A DNA stretch of 64,000 bases, taken from a virus. Lineage: Duplodnaviria; Caudoviricetes. Positions within the stretch are counted from its first letter, which is position 1. Every line of letters begins with the position of its first letter. The notes beneath the pieces are model-generated. The model was not told the DNA's origin and did no database searches. It saw nothing but the letters and a program-made list of their open reading frames with translations. The stretch spans positions 9,766 through 73,765 of the IMG/VR virus record IMGVR_UViG_3300021401_000005; one strand, written 5' to 3'. Of this stretch, positions 19,879 through 31,600 are shown piece after piece. Both the position numbers and the translations under genes were made by a program.

Positions 19879-20096
19879 GCACGATCACCGACATGTATGG
19901 CCGGGAGATCACCATTCAGACGGGCGTCGTGACGCAGACGATGGAGGGCGCTGTAACTGAGGATGTCTACTCGCTCGATGGCGTCGATGTCTGGCTTCCG
20001 GCCGGGACGCCTCAGAATGTTGCTTTGCAGACGATCGAGGCGATGGCCCCGGATTGGTGGACGACGCCAGAGCCGGATCAAGGGCTGCCGTCGTGA
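19875..20096 (+). CDS. Small acidic protein (possible fibre chaperone)
   Basis: ATGA overlap with the fibre gene stop. Confidence 0.55.
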   Translation: MSTITDMYGREITIQTGVVTQTMEGAVTEDVYSLDGVDVWLPAGTPQNVALQTIEAMAPDWWTTPEPDQGLPS

Positions 20097-20893
20097 GCTA
20101 CACCTACGCCAGCTTCCAGAAGGCGCTCGCGCTGGAGATGATCATCCCCAACGCCAACGTGAGCGATCCGAACTTCGTCGCCATCCTGCCGACCATCGTC
20201 GATTACGCCGAGCAGCGCATCTATCGCGAACTCGACCTCCTGGCCACCCAGGTGGTGCAATGGTTCGCCATGACCCCGAACTCGCGCGCGCAGAGCTTCG
20301 CGGCTAGCAGTTCCGTCTACGCCAATCATACCCCGGCGCAGCAAATCCTCGTCGTTGAGCGGGTCCGGGTGATGCCTCCCACCGCGACCCCTGGCGGCGG
20401 CTTCAATCAGGGCGGCGAGCCGCTTACTCCGAGCAGCATGGATTATCTCGACGCCGTCTACAGCGGCATCTTCCCGGCCCCAGGCCCGACCGGGCGGCCT
20501 GTAAAGTTTTCGCAGCGCGACGATCAGACGATCGTCTTCGGCCCCACGCCGGATCAGGCCTATTTCTTCGACATCCAGGGTGAAGCGCGCCCGGTGCCGC
20601 TCTATAGCGCCGCGCCTGGAGACGGCTCGCAGACGACGTTCCTGACGACGGTCCTGCCCGATCTCTTCCTCGCAGGCGCGATGATCGCGGCGTCCGGCTA
20701 TCGTCACAACTTCGGCGCTCAGTCCGACGATCCGCGCATGGCGCTGAGCTGGGAGAGCCAGTACATGGAGCTGCTCCTTTCCGCGAAGACGGAAGAGGTG
20801 CGCAAGCGGTTCCTCGGCTGGCAGCAAATGTCATCGCGCAGCGGACCGGCGAGTGCAGGCGGAGCCGCGCCCCCGGCGCCAGCTGGGGGATGA
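20093..20893 (+). CDS. Probable tail tubular/adaptor protein
   Basis: IVDYAEQRIYRELDL, FGPTPDQAY, TFLTTVLPDLFL; GTG start inferred. Confidence 0.7.
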   Translation: MSYTYASFQKALALEMIIPNANVSDPNFVAILPTIVDYAEQRIYRELDLLATQVVQWFAMTPNSRAQSFAASSSVYANHTPAQQILVVERVRVMPPTATPGGGFNQGGEPLTPSSMDYLDAVYSGIFPAPGPTGRPVKFSQRDDQTIVFGPTPDQAYFFDIQGEARPVPLYSAAPGDGSQTTFLTTVLPDLFLAGAMIAASGYRHNFGAQSDDPRMALSWESQYMELLLSAKTEEVRKRFLGWQQMSSRSGPASAGGAAPPAPAGG

Positions 20894-20896
20894 GCT

Positions 20897-23800
20897 TTGC
20901 CCTTCTTGACCGTCAAGATTCAGCCTGGGGTCAAGACCATCGCGACCCCGACGCTGCTCAACGCGAACATCGTCGCCTCAAACTTGATCCGCTGGCGCGG
21001 CGGCCTGCCCGAGAAGTACGGCGGCTGGATGAATTTCTTCACCAACCTAGGCCCGGGCGGCGGCCCGGGCGCCGCCACCCTTCCGGGTATCGTCCGCGAC
21101 ATGTGCGCCTGGGCGGACCTCGACACCATCAACCACCTCGCGCTTGGCGGAACCAATGGCTTGACAGCCCTGACGCCAAACGCGGCGGGAGGGCCGCCGA
21201 CGGTGGGCGATATCGCGCCGCGCTACGTGCTGACCACGAGCACGACTGCGATCACGACCGATGGGTCGACCTTTTCGTCATACGCTCTAGACGCATCACC
21301 GCCAGGAAGCATGACTATCACCCTTGCTGGCAACGTAGCCGCGTCGGTGCAAGTCGGATGGCGCGTTCGCTGCTTTGGCTCCAGCGCAGGGGGCCCCCTT
21401 GGCCCCACGTTCGCGATCCCGCAGGGGACAGTCGTCACCGCGATAGCCCTGGCGCCTCCGCCCGGAGGCGGCGGCGACGTGACGACAATCACTTTAAGCC
21501 AGCCAGTTGCGCCAGGGTTTCCTGGGGTAGCGGGCGCTCCTGGGCCAGGGGTGGAGCAAGCCGCTGAGATTGTTTTCGACAGCCCCGCGACAATCATCAC
21601 GTTCACCGACCCCAGCATGCCATCGGGGTTCAACACCCACTGCTCGATCCAGGTTCTGAACCACGTCTGGCTCGGCGACGGGCAGATCCTGTTGGGGACA
21701 TATCCGGTACAAACCGTCACGCAGGGTTTGAGCGGGGTCTTCACGATCGCCGCGCCGCCGGGGTGGTTTTACTGTGCCACGCCGGCCGTGCTGAGTCTCC
21801 AACTAACTAACGGCGTCGCCGGCCCACCAGAGGGGATAGGCACCTTCCCTTACACACTGAACATTGGCGGCAGCGGCGGCTACAACATCGCAACGGTCGG
21901 CATAGTGCCATATCAGGCGGGCGGCACGCTCGCTATCGCAGCGCCGACGACCTTTGGCGGGGTCAATTTTGAGGGGCAGTTTTACGCGATCACGGCGCTC
22001 GACGTGGGGCAAAACATTCCAATGAACACCGGGCGAAGTTTCGCCTTCAGCCTACCCAATCCCCCCAGTGCAAACGGCAACGTGAACGAAGGCAATCTCG
22101 TCAGCCCGCAAATCGCGGAGATTATTTACTGGCTTTCGGAGCCGCCCGTAGGCACGGCGCACAACGCGCGCGGCGCGCTCGGCGGGAATCCTTACCCGCC
22201 TCTCTACGGCAGTGCGGACTATGGAGCGCGCTGGGTCGGCGGTGTCACCAGTGACGACTGGTCGCTCGCCAACTTCGGCTCGACGCTCCTATCGAGCCCG
22301 CTCAATGGGCCACTGTTCCAGTGGGACCCGACGGCGGGCGTTCCGAACTCGGCCGCGATCGGCGGCGCGCCCACCACTTGCGCGGGCTTTTTTGTCGGCA
22401 TGCCCGAGCAGCAGATCATTGTTTACGGGGCAAGCTACGATCAGGTGCAGGACCCTCTGCTCGTCGCGTGGTGCGACAACGCCAACTACAACGTTTGGAT
22501 TGCCAATACCGACAATCAGGCTGGGACGTTTCGGCTGTCGCGCGGAAGCAAGATTGTCGGCGGCATCCAGGGGCCGCAGCAGGCGATGCTGTGGACCGAT
22601 GTCGGTCTCTGGGTGATGAGTTACATCGGATATCCGGATGTGTTCGGGTTCAATGAGGTGGCGCAGGGATGCGGGCTGATCGGCAAGCACGCCGTCGCGG
22701 TCTACGGCCCCCAGGTGTTCTGGATGGGACGCGACGCCTTCTGGGTTTACGCTAACGGCGCGGCGCAGCGGCTCCCGTGCGATGTGTGGGACGTCATCGT
22801 CAAGAACCTCAACAATACGCGAAACACCAACGGGGATTACGTCTATTGGGGCCACATTCGCGGAGCCGCGAACTCGGACTATGACGAAGTCGCGTGGCAC
22901 TTCCCCTCACAGGCCGCGACGGACGGCGAGAACGACAGCTTCGTCAAATTCAATACGGTCACCGGGGAATGGGACTATTCGATCTCGACCCCGCAACAAG
23001 GCATGGTCGGCAATACGCCGGTCCGGATAACCGAGTGGACCGACCACAATATTTTCGGTCACCCGCTCTCGGTGATGCTTGGCCACACCGTCATAACCGG
23101 GGTGGCCTCCATCGGAGGCCTCGCAGGCGCAACCACTTTCTCGCTCGTTGGGGGGCTGCCCGCAGGCGTTCTCGTCGGGATGACTATCGCCGACCTCACC
23201 AACCCGGCTGCGATTACGGCTGGGACCCAGTTGTCCATCGTCACGACCCAAGTGACTTTGAGCCTGCCTTTGACGGCAAACGTGCCTGTCGGGAGTTTGA
23301 TTACCTTTGTGGCGCCAAGCGGCTATCCGTCCATGACCGTGGCCACGAGCGCGGCGAGTGCTTCTGGATCATCCGTTCTGATCTTCACTACCAATCTGGC
23401 GGGGCTCGCTGTCGGCTGGGAGGTCTTTGCTTTCGCTGGCGCGATAGCAACCGCGACCACGGTAAGCAGCTTCATCGCGTCGCAGATCACGGTGAGCGAG
23501 CCTTTGGCGGCGAATGTCTCGGCTGGCGACACGATCCAGTTCACCGGCTGGAACTCATCGGTGATGCAGCATGAAATGGGAATGGACGCCAACGGCTCGC
23601 CCATCAATTGGATGGTCCAGACCGGCTTCTTCATGCTCAGCGACGGCGAGGACAAAGTCTTCGTCGACTATATGCTGCCCGACTTCCTATGGCGGCGGTG
23701 GCAACAGCCGCAGTCCACCAGCGCCACAGTCGAGATCACGCTCTACACCGCCGATGAGCCGGACGATCCGACTGACCCGTGGATCGCCTACGGGCCTTTT

Positions 23801-23941
23801 GTGGTGACCAACGCCTCCGGGGGCGTCGAGGTCCGATGCAGAGGCCGATACTTTTTCGCCTTGATCCAAGGCAATGACCTTGGATCGTTCGTCCGGTTGG
23901 GCGGCATCAAGTTTCGCTTTGCACCTGACGGGCGCAATTAG
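20897..23941 (+). CDS. Tail nozzle / stabilisation protein (beta-propeller) with inserted domains
   Basis: IQPGV, IRWRGGLPEKYGGW, WSLANFG, NQAGTFRLSRGSKIVG, CGLIG, C-terminal PDGRN. Confidence 0.75.
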   Translation: MPFLTVKIQPGVKTIATPTLLNANIVASNLIRWRGGLPEKYGGWMNFFTNLGPGGGPGAATLPGIVRDMCAWADLDTINHLALGGTNGLTALTPNAAGGPPTVGDIAPRYVLTTSTTAITTDGSTFSSYALDASPPGSMTITLAGNVAASVQVGWRVRCFGSSAGGPLGPTFAIPQGTVVTAIALAPPPGGGGDVTTITLSQPVAPGFPGVAGAPGPGVEQAAEIVFDSPATIITFTDPSMPSGFNTHCSIQVLNHVWLGDGQILLGTYPVQTVTQGLSGVFTIAAPPGWFYCATPAVLSLQLTNGVAGPPEGIGTFPYTLNIGGSGGYNIATVGIVPYQAGGTLAIAAPTTFGGVNFEGQFYAITALDVGQNIPMNTGRSFAFSLPNPPSANGNVNEGNLVSPQIAEIIYWLSEPPVGTAHNARGALGGNPYPPLYGSADYGARWVGGVTSDDWSLANFGSTLLSSPLNGPLFQWDPTAGVPNSAAIGGAPTTCAGFFVGMPEQQIIVYGASYDQVQDPLLVAWCDNANYNVWIANTDNQAGTFRLSRGSKIVGGIQGPQQAMLWTDVGLWVMSYIGYPDVFGFNEVAQGCGLIGKHAVAVYGPQVFWMGRDAFWVYANGAAQRLPCDVWDVIVKNLNNTRNTNGDYVYWGHIRGAANSDYDEVAWHFPSQAATDGENDSFVKFNTVTGEWDYSISTPQQGMVGNTPVRITEWTDHNIFGHPLSVMLGHTVITGVASIGGLAGATTFSLVGGLPAGVLVGMTIADLTNPAAITAGTQLSIVTTQVTLSLPLTANVPVGSLITFVAPSGYPSMTVATSAASASGSSVLIFTTNLAGLAVGWEVFAFAGAIATATTVSSFIASQITVSEPLAANVSAGDTIQFTGWNSSVMQHEMGMDANGSPINWMVQTGFFMLSDGEDKVFVDYMLPDFLWRRWQQPQSTSATVEITLYTADEPDDPTDPWIAYGPFVVTNASGGVEVRCRGRYFFALIQGNDLGSFVRLGGIKFRFAPDGRN

Positions 23942-23952
23942 GGAGAAGGGCT

Positions 23953-24300
23953 ATGGCCGACATCGGCGCGGGCGACCTCCAGACGCTGATCTCGACGTTG
24001 CAGAACAGCAACAAGCAGTCCGGCCATATCATCAAAGCCATCGAAGGGGTCGGCAGTTCGTTGGCCAGCTCTTTGAGCGGCAGTATCGGTACGAGCGTCG
24101 CCCAAGCCGTCTCTCAAGCCCTCGCCTCCGCGAGCGCGGCCCAAAGCGCTGTCACGCCCATGAGCGCGCGGGTGACGGCCGAGCCCTCGTTCGGAGCCAC
24201 GACAGAGGGCGGGCCTCTCCCGGCTGAGCCGGACGGCTACATCACCATCACCATTCCTGGCGTCGGGGATCGCTTCATCCCCTATTACTCGGCGGGGTAG
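23953..24300 (+). CDS. Hypothetical virion protein
   Basis: RBS present; in operon. Confidence 0.6.
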   Translation: MADIGAGDLQTLISTLQNSNKQSGHIIKAIEGVGSSLASSLSGSIGTSVAQAVSQALASASAAQSAVTPMSARVTAEPSFGATTEGGPLPAEPDGYITITIPGVGDRFIPYYSAG

Positions 24301-24305
24301 GCCTC

Positions 24306-25019
24306 ATGCCCGGTTACAATCCATCGTCAATTAGAATCCAGCGCATGCTTGGCGCGACGGCGCCTATCCGCCCGCCGAAGATGCCGAAACCGATGTCGAC
24401 GCCGAAGTTCGGCCCCGGGATCAGCGATCGGATGCTGATGCGGCCAGGGCGCGCCGACGGCGGCGGCATCACCGACAGTCCCGCCTCACCCTTCGCGGGC
24501 GGCATCATGTCGACCGGCGCGGGCCGCGCCGACGACGTCCCGATGCATGTCCCGAACGGGGCCTATGTCATGCCAGCCTGGGCGGTCAGCCATCTCGGCG
24601 AGGGGAACACCATCAACGGCATGAGCCAATTGAAGATGATGTTCGGCAGTCCGTGGGGCGCGCCAAAGACGCCGTTCGGCGCTCCGAGCCCCGCGCTTTC
24701 GGTCGGCAAGGGCGTCCCCATGCCGCATCCGAAGCCTCCGCCCATGCACTTCCAACCACCGAATTTCTACCCACAGGGCATGTCGGCGGAGAACCCGGCG
24801 CTGAGCGACAAGCAGAAGCACGGCGGTGCGGCGGTCGGCGGTGGGGGAGCGATCCCGATCAACGCGAGCGGCGGCGAGTTCGTGATCGACCCGGACGAGG
24901 TTGCGAGAATCGGGGACGGCAACGTCAATAAGGGACACAAGGTCCTCGACTTGTGGGTCATGAAGTTGAAGAAAGAGGCAGCCGACACGCTCAAGAAGCT
25001 CCCCGGTCCGGCGAAATAG
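24306..25019 (+). CDS. Protein with duplicated GG...G(E/A)(F/Y)V module
   Basis: RADGG...GAGRADDVPMHVPNGAYVMPAWAVSHLGEGN and KHGG...INASGGEFVIDPDEVARIGDGN. Confidence 0.7.
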   Translation: MPGYNPSSIRIQRMLGATAPIRPPKMPKPMSTPKFGPGISDRMLMRPGRADGGGITDSPASPFAGGIMSTGAGRADDVPMHVPNGAYVMPAWAVSHLGEGNTINGMSQLKMMFGSPWGAPKTPFGAPSPALSVGKGVPMPHPKPPPMHFQPPNFYPQGMSAENPALSDKQKHGGAAVGGGGAIPINASGGEFVIDPDEVARIGDGNVNKGHKVLDLWVMKLKKEAADTLKKLPGPAK

Positions 25020-25029
25020 GAGGCGAGGC

Positions 25030-25596
25030 GTGAAAGAGTTCTCGCGCGAGCACGAAGCCGAGCTGCGGGACACGCCGCCGCGCACCCCGATCCGCTTAGC
25101 CGATGACGACGACGAGCTGGGCATCCTCGACATGTGTCGGCTGATGCACCGAGAGCAGCCCTATCACCCGCTCAACGTCGGCAAGGTGGCGGCGATGATC
25201 AGGCTCGCCATCCATCAGGGGCCGGAGCGGCGTGGCATCCTCGGCGTGATCGGCGAGCGCGACCATCTCCGGGGCGCGATCTTCCTGCTGATCGAACCAA
25301 TCTGGTACTCGGACGACTGGCAGCTGCTTGAGTTTTTCAATTACGTGCGGCCGGAATATCGGCGCGAGGGCTACGCCCAAGATCTCATAGCCTACGCCAA
25401 GCGGTGCAGCGATCAGATCGGCATCGACCTCACCATCGGCGTGTTCTCGAACATCCGGACCGCCGCGAAGATCCGCCTCTATCGCCGCTGGGTCCCGCAG
25501 TTCGGCGCGTTCTTCTGTTACGCGCCCCCGAACCGGAAACCGTTTATCGATCGCCTCGCTGAAATGACGCCCGTGAACAAAGTCGCGGCGGAGTAG
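25030..25596 (+). CDS. GNAT-family acetyltransferase-like protein
   Basis: IRLADDDD, FFNYVRPEYRREGYAQDLIAYAK (GNAT motif A); precedes the ejection genes. Confidence 0.75.
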   Translation: MKEFSREHEAELRDTPPRTPIRLADDDDELGILDMCRLMHREQPYHPLNVGKVAAMIRLAIHQGPERRGILGVIGERDHLRGAIFLLIEPIWYSDDWQLLEFFNYVRPEYRREGYAQDLIAYAKRCSDQIGIDLTIGVFSNIRTAAKIRLYRRWVPQFGAFFCYAPPNRKPFIDRLAEMTPVNKVAAE

Positions 25597-25601
25597 CAAC
25601 C

Positions 25602-28600
25602 ATGGGCTCGAAGGGCGGCACCACTCAGCAGACATCGACGCAATCCTCGTCGGGTCCCCCGCCCCAGGTCCTGGCCGAGTATCAAGGCCTCGTCGACCGC
25701 GCGACCAACGTCGCGAACCAACCCTATCAGCCCTACCAGGGCGAACAGGTCGCCCCGCTGGCGTCCCAAACGCTTCAGGGGCTTGGCCAGATCGGGCAGT
25801 ACGCCAACGCGGCCCAACTTCCCTTATTTGGAGCGAGCGCGGGCACCTCCCAGGCAATGCAATCGGCGACGGACGAAGCTCTGGGCTCGGCTGGCGCAGC
25901 ATCGGGCATGACTGGGAATGTGGCGAACGCGGCCATGGGCATGACCGAAGCCGCCGCCGCGCCCGTCAACGCGGAGCAATTCCAGGGCCAAAGTTCGCTC
26001 CAGCCTTTTATGAACCCGTACACGTCCGATGTTGTCCAGGCGACCCAGAACGAGTTCAATAATCAGAACCAACAGCAGGCACAGTTTCTCAACAGCGCGA
26101 ACATAAGTTCAGGCGCGTTCGGCGGCGACAGGGCTGGCGTCAGCCAGGGGATTCTGGCCAATCAGCAGCAGCTCGCCGAAGCGCCGACGATCGCCGGCTT
26201 GAACCAAGCCAACTTCACCCAGGCCATGCAGGACTGGCAGCAGCAGCAAGGGGTGAACCTCGGGGCAGCGCAAGCGAATCGCAGCGCCTTGATGGGCGCC
26301 GCGAACCAGTACGGAAACCTCGGCCTGACTGCCGCCAACCAGATTGGGAACCTCGGCCTAAACGCCGCGCAAGAAGTCGGGAATGTCGGCCTAGCCGGGT
26401 CGAACCAGATGGGGCAGATCGGCCTGTCTGAGCAGCAAGCAGGGCTTCAGGGCGGCCAAGCGCAGATCCAAGCCGGCACGATCCCGCAGACCGAACAGCA
26501 GGCGATCGATACCGCCGCCCAGAACATGTACCAGACTGGGCAATCGTATCCGTTCACCACCACCGGCTGGCTCGGCAACATCATCGAGGGAACCGGAAGC
26601 CTCTCCGGCGGCCAGGGCTCCAGCACCACGACCTCTCCTGGGCCGAACGCGATCACTCAGGGGCTCGGCGCGGCCTCGCAAGGCGTTGGGCTCCTGGGCA
26701 GCATAATGTCGCTCTCCGACGAGCGCGCGAAGGAGAACATCGAGCCGATCGGCGAGACCTACGACAATCAGAAAATCTACAGGTACAACTTCAAGGGTGA
26801 CCCGCGCACCCAGATCGGCTTGCTGGCGCAAGAAGAGGCCTATCACCATCCAGGCAGCGTCCAGCGGATCGGCATGGGCGATCTGCTTGGCATCGACTAC
26901 GGCGGCGCGACCGAAGACGCGGCCGATCGCGGTCACTTTGCCTCTGGCGGCGCGCCGCCGGCGAGCATGGCGGGGCTGGGCGCCATGGGCGGGATGGGCG
27001 GCGGCGGCGCGATGTCTCCGGGCTCGGATCTCATGTTTAGCGGCGATCCTGGCGCGCGGATGGGCATGGGCACGTTCGCTCTCATGGGCGGCTCCAATGT
27101 CCGTCCGGAACCGACTACGGCCATGTCGCGTCCGCCTGGGTGGGAGCCTCCATATCAGCCTGCGCCGCAGGCGCCTCCGCCGCAGCAGAATTTGCCACAG
27201 TCTTCGTTTCGCCAGTTGCAGCAGTATGGTCTTAGCGGAGGCGAGGCCCGCCCGAGCTTCCAAGGCGGCGGCACGGCCATCACTACCCCAGAGGAAGCCA
27301 TTCCGATCGGCACGAGCGGCCAGTCCAGCTACACCCAAGGCTGGCAGCCGGGGGATCTCCTGAACCCTGCCGCTGGTGTATCCGAGGCGTTGTTCGGCGA
27401 GGCGACGGCGGGGTCGAAGACCCCCTACTACGGGCTGGATCTCGACCAGCTGAACGCGATCGGCGGCGGGCAATGGATGCCGCCGGACACCAACGCGCCG
27501 CAGCCGGACTATGGGAACCTCCAGAACTCGCCGCAGTTCGGCGCGGCCGAGAAGTCGCTCTCGGGCCTGTTCGGCCCCGGCTACACGCCGGGATCGACCG
27601 GCGCTCCGCCTGCGACATCTCCGGTGGCCGCCGCCGCCGCCAAGCCCGCCGCGCAACAGCAACCAGCGGGGCATTGGCAATCAGTTGGCGGGACGACCAC
27701 TGGCGGTGCAGCCGGGGGCGAAAACCTGGGCATGGGCGCTCAGATCGGAAACGTCTTTCAAAATGAATGGGTGCCCGACCCGGCCGTGTCGACCGTAGCG
27801 GCCACCGCCGCGCCGGGGCTCGCGACGGGAAAAGCAGACGGCGGAGGAGTGAGCATGAGATCCGGCTTCCAGCGCGGCGGCTTCCCGCAATTCACCACCT
27901 ACCAGCCGACCGCGAACCCGGCGCGCACCCCGCCGACCTATACCGCGCTCGATCTCTCGCACATGTTCGGCGGCGGGCAGCAGCCGCAGCAAGCGCCGCG
28001 CGCCATCCAGATCCAGCGCCAGCTCGGGCAGGCGCGCGCCCAGGCGGCGGCCCAGCGTGGCATCGTGCGGCCTCGCGTCATCGCCCCGGACCCGGTGACC
28101 GGCCAGCATCACGACATCACCCCGCCCGACCATCCTTCGACCGCGCGCTATCCCGGCTGGCCGACTCCTGGGCCGGGAAACGCAACCCCTGATGGCTTGC
28201 CGATGAGGCCGCCAGCGCGGGTGCCGCTCCAGACCTCGCCGAACGCCTTTCCTGGGGGCGTGGCCAATCCGACCATTCCGTCTTCGCGCGGCGGCGGCAT
28301 GGGCTTCCCGAGTTTGGGCATGGTGCCCGCAGCGGCGGCTGGCACGCCACCGGGACCGCTGGCCTCGGCGTCGTGGTGGGGCGGTTTGCCGAAGGAGGAA
28401 CTGCCTTCGAGATCTCGTGGCCTGACAACGGTCGCGCCGCCGCTTGATGGCACGCAGGAATGGAACAAGCCTTCGGCCGAGGTCGAGAGCCCCCGCGAGA
28501 GCGCCGAATTTTCAGAGGCGGGGCGACCGCTGATGGCGCCGAGGCTCATTGGCGCCGATCCTGGCGGGCAGCACACTTTGCTAGGGCCGCACTCGATGCA

Positions 28601-31600
28601 GGCGCTCCCGCCGCCGTCCGGCGACGAAGCGCCCATGCACAGTGGCTGGGACGTCGACCTCCCGGGCGTCTTCCGAGGCGGTGGCCACGGGATCGCCGCC
28701 GAGGCGCGCGGCGGGCGGGTTCCTCGCTACTACGGAGGCCGGATCGGCCGCGATGACGGCGGCTCGATCCCGATCGGCGGTGGCGCGGGCAACGTCATGG
28801 AGGCACCCACTGGCACCCCTGCCTCGCCCGATCTCAGCGATATCGATTGGAACTCGATCTTCGGCGGGGACCCAGGCCAGGGAGCGGTTAGGACGCCGGA
28901 CTTCTCCGCGCTTCCCGATGATACGTTCGATCTCGGCGGCGGCTCTCCGCAGCGCGCCCAGATCGATCCGCGAGCTGTCGCCCAAGCGCCTAGCTTCCAG
29001 GGCGCAAGCGGGGGCGGAGGCGGCGGCCCTCACTTTACCCAGGTCTCCAACATGGGCGGGCCGCCGATCTCCGCGCTTGACCTCTCGGGCCACTACACGC
29101 CGACCACCGGCAACGCGCGCGGCGCAACCTATGTCCCGGGAGCCGGCGGCGCAGCTGGCGCAGGGATCAGCCCGAACGCGCGCGCTGAAGCGCCGGAGCA
29201 CCCAGCGATTGCGGTGGCGCGCCATATCGCCAGCAGAGCGCACGCGGCAGGATTCGCGGCGGGCCACGCGGCGGGGAGAGGGGCGTCGGGGAGAATCATC
29301 CCGACCCAGATGGGGCCGGAGGGGGTAGCCAGTCCGAGGCCCTACGGGCCACAGCTGTCCACGAACCCCACCCAGATGGGGCCGGAGGGGGTAGCGAATT
29401 ATCAGGGCGGCGGCGGCGTCATGGGCTCCTCGCCCGTCATGAACGCGGGCGCCTACACCCCGCAGGGCGAGGGCGTGACAGGCCAGACCTCGCAGGGTCG
29501 AGGCATGGGGTTCGGCGATCTGTTCGGCGGCGGCGACCGCGCTGGCTTCCAAACCGGCGGAGAGGCCGGGGTCGATCCGTTCCTGGCGGCGATTGACGCC
29601 GCCGTGACGCAGGGGCCGAGAGGACAAGGCCCGCCCCAGGCGCCCCAGGCGCCCAAGCCGCCGGAGCCGCCGGGGCAGGGGCAGCAACCGGGAGGCGACC
29701 TCGGCAAGAACATCCAGAGCCTTACCAGCGGTATCAAAGGCCTCGGCGGCCAATCGCAAGGCGGGGGCGGGGGCGGGGACGGCTCATCGGGCCTGACCGG
29801 CGGCGACCCGAGTGACCTCTCCGGAGGCTGGGGCGACATGGCGGGCACGCCGAATATGGACGACGCCTCGCTCGGTCTGTCCATGGGCGATGATTTCGGC
29901 TTTGCGATGGGAGGTGGCGTGGGGCTTGGCTCCCTACGCGGTGGCTTTTCCGATGGCGGGACGCCGGACCTCGATGCGCTCGATGCCGAGGTTGCAGGGG
30001 CTCCGCCCCCTGGCCAAGTAGCGGCCGCTCCCGCGACGGGCGCAGGCAAAGGAGGCGGAGGCGGGAACGTCTCTGACCTCATCAATCAGAATTTCGGCAA
30101 TCGAGCGGGATACGCCTCGACGATCTCCTCGCTCGAAAGCAGCATGGGCAAGAACTATGTCGGCGACGGCGGCTCGTCCTTCGGGCCGTACATGCTGCAC
30201 TACGGCGGGGTCAGTCAGAAGTATCCGCACCCCGGTCTCGGTGATGAGTTCACCAAGCAGACCGGCCTCGATGCGCGCGATCCGTCGACCGTGCCGCAAC
30301 AGATCAAATTCGTTGCGGATTACACCGCCGCGCACGGCTGGCACGATTGGTCGACGAAGGCCCAAGCCGACAAGCTAACGGGCGGCGCGCCGACTGCGGT
30401 GGCCGGCGCTGATGTCCCGTCTGCGGCAGCTCAGCCCGCGCAGGCGAGCACGGAAGCCTACGGCGGCGGCTTCCAGATTCCTCCTGGCCAGGGCAGTCCG
30501 CCTCCTGGGCAGCTGAACCGGGCCAATCTTCAGGCGCCCACCATGGGCGACGAGATCCGGCACGATCCGTTCGGCTACATGATGACGGTCGGCGCGGGGA
30601 TGATGGCTTCGCGCTCGCCGTGGCTCGGCGTGGGGATCGGCGAAGGCTTCGAGGCCGGGAACAAATACCTCCAGTCGCAGAAAGAGCTGGAGAAGAGCTG
30701 GGGCCAGACGCAGGCGCAGATCAACAACCTGTCGCAGGAAGCGCGCGATCATGGCGCGGACGCGGATCTGAAGGCCCAGCAGCTCCAGACTGCGTCGCTG
30801 ATGAACAAGCTCATGATTGAGAGGATGCGCCAGAAAGGTCTGATCCCCGGCGGGACCAGCGGCGCGCCCTCGCCAGCGCCCACAGGAGGCCCAGGACAGG
30901 GCCTCCAGCCTACCCAGCCCCTTACGACCCTCGGCGGCGGCTCGGGCTCCAGCGGGGCTCCTAGCGGCCCCAGCGCGCCATCCGGAGGTGCCGCCGCTCC
31001 TTCCGGTCCGGCTCCTGCGGACCCAGATGCGGCCCCGAGGATCGAGGACGACCCGCTCTACAAGCAGGCCCAGGATCTATACACGAAGGCTCAAGACGCG
31101 GAACTCGACGACAGATTGATGGGCACGCACACGGCCGAGGATATGCGGGCACAGGCTAAGGAGCTGAGCGACGCCGCGCAGAAGAATTTCGAGAAAACCT
31201 CGGCCCCCTACGGCGCGAAAATCGAAGCGCAAAAGGCTGGCTTTACCGAGTACCAGAAGAGGGCTGACGAGTTCACTGGCGACTATCAGAGCAATGTCGA
31301 GATGCTTCAGCAGCTCGGGAAGATCTACCAGCACTATCGATCCGGAACCGGCGCGGGAGACATCGGCGAAATTCAGGGCTTCGCCGATCGCTTCGGCCTC
31401 GGCGGTGTTCTGCCGCAGGGGTGGGACAAGGCCGGTTATGACGCCGCCATGAAGACGGCGGTCGATGCCGCCTTCCAAAAGATGCAGTCCAGCGGAGCTA
31501 ACAAGGCGCCCAGGTCCATCATGCAAGAGGCGTTGACGACTTCGCCGACGCCAACCAACGATCCGGCAGCCAACTGGAAGATCATCACCGAGACCCTGGC

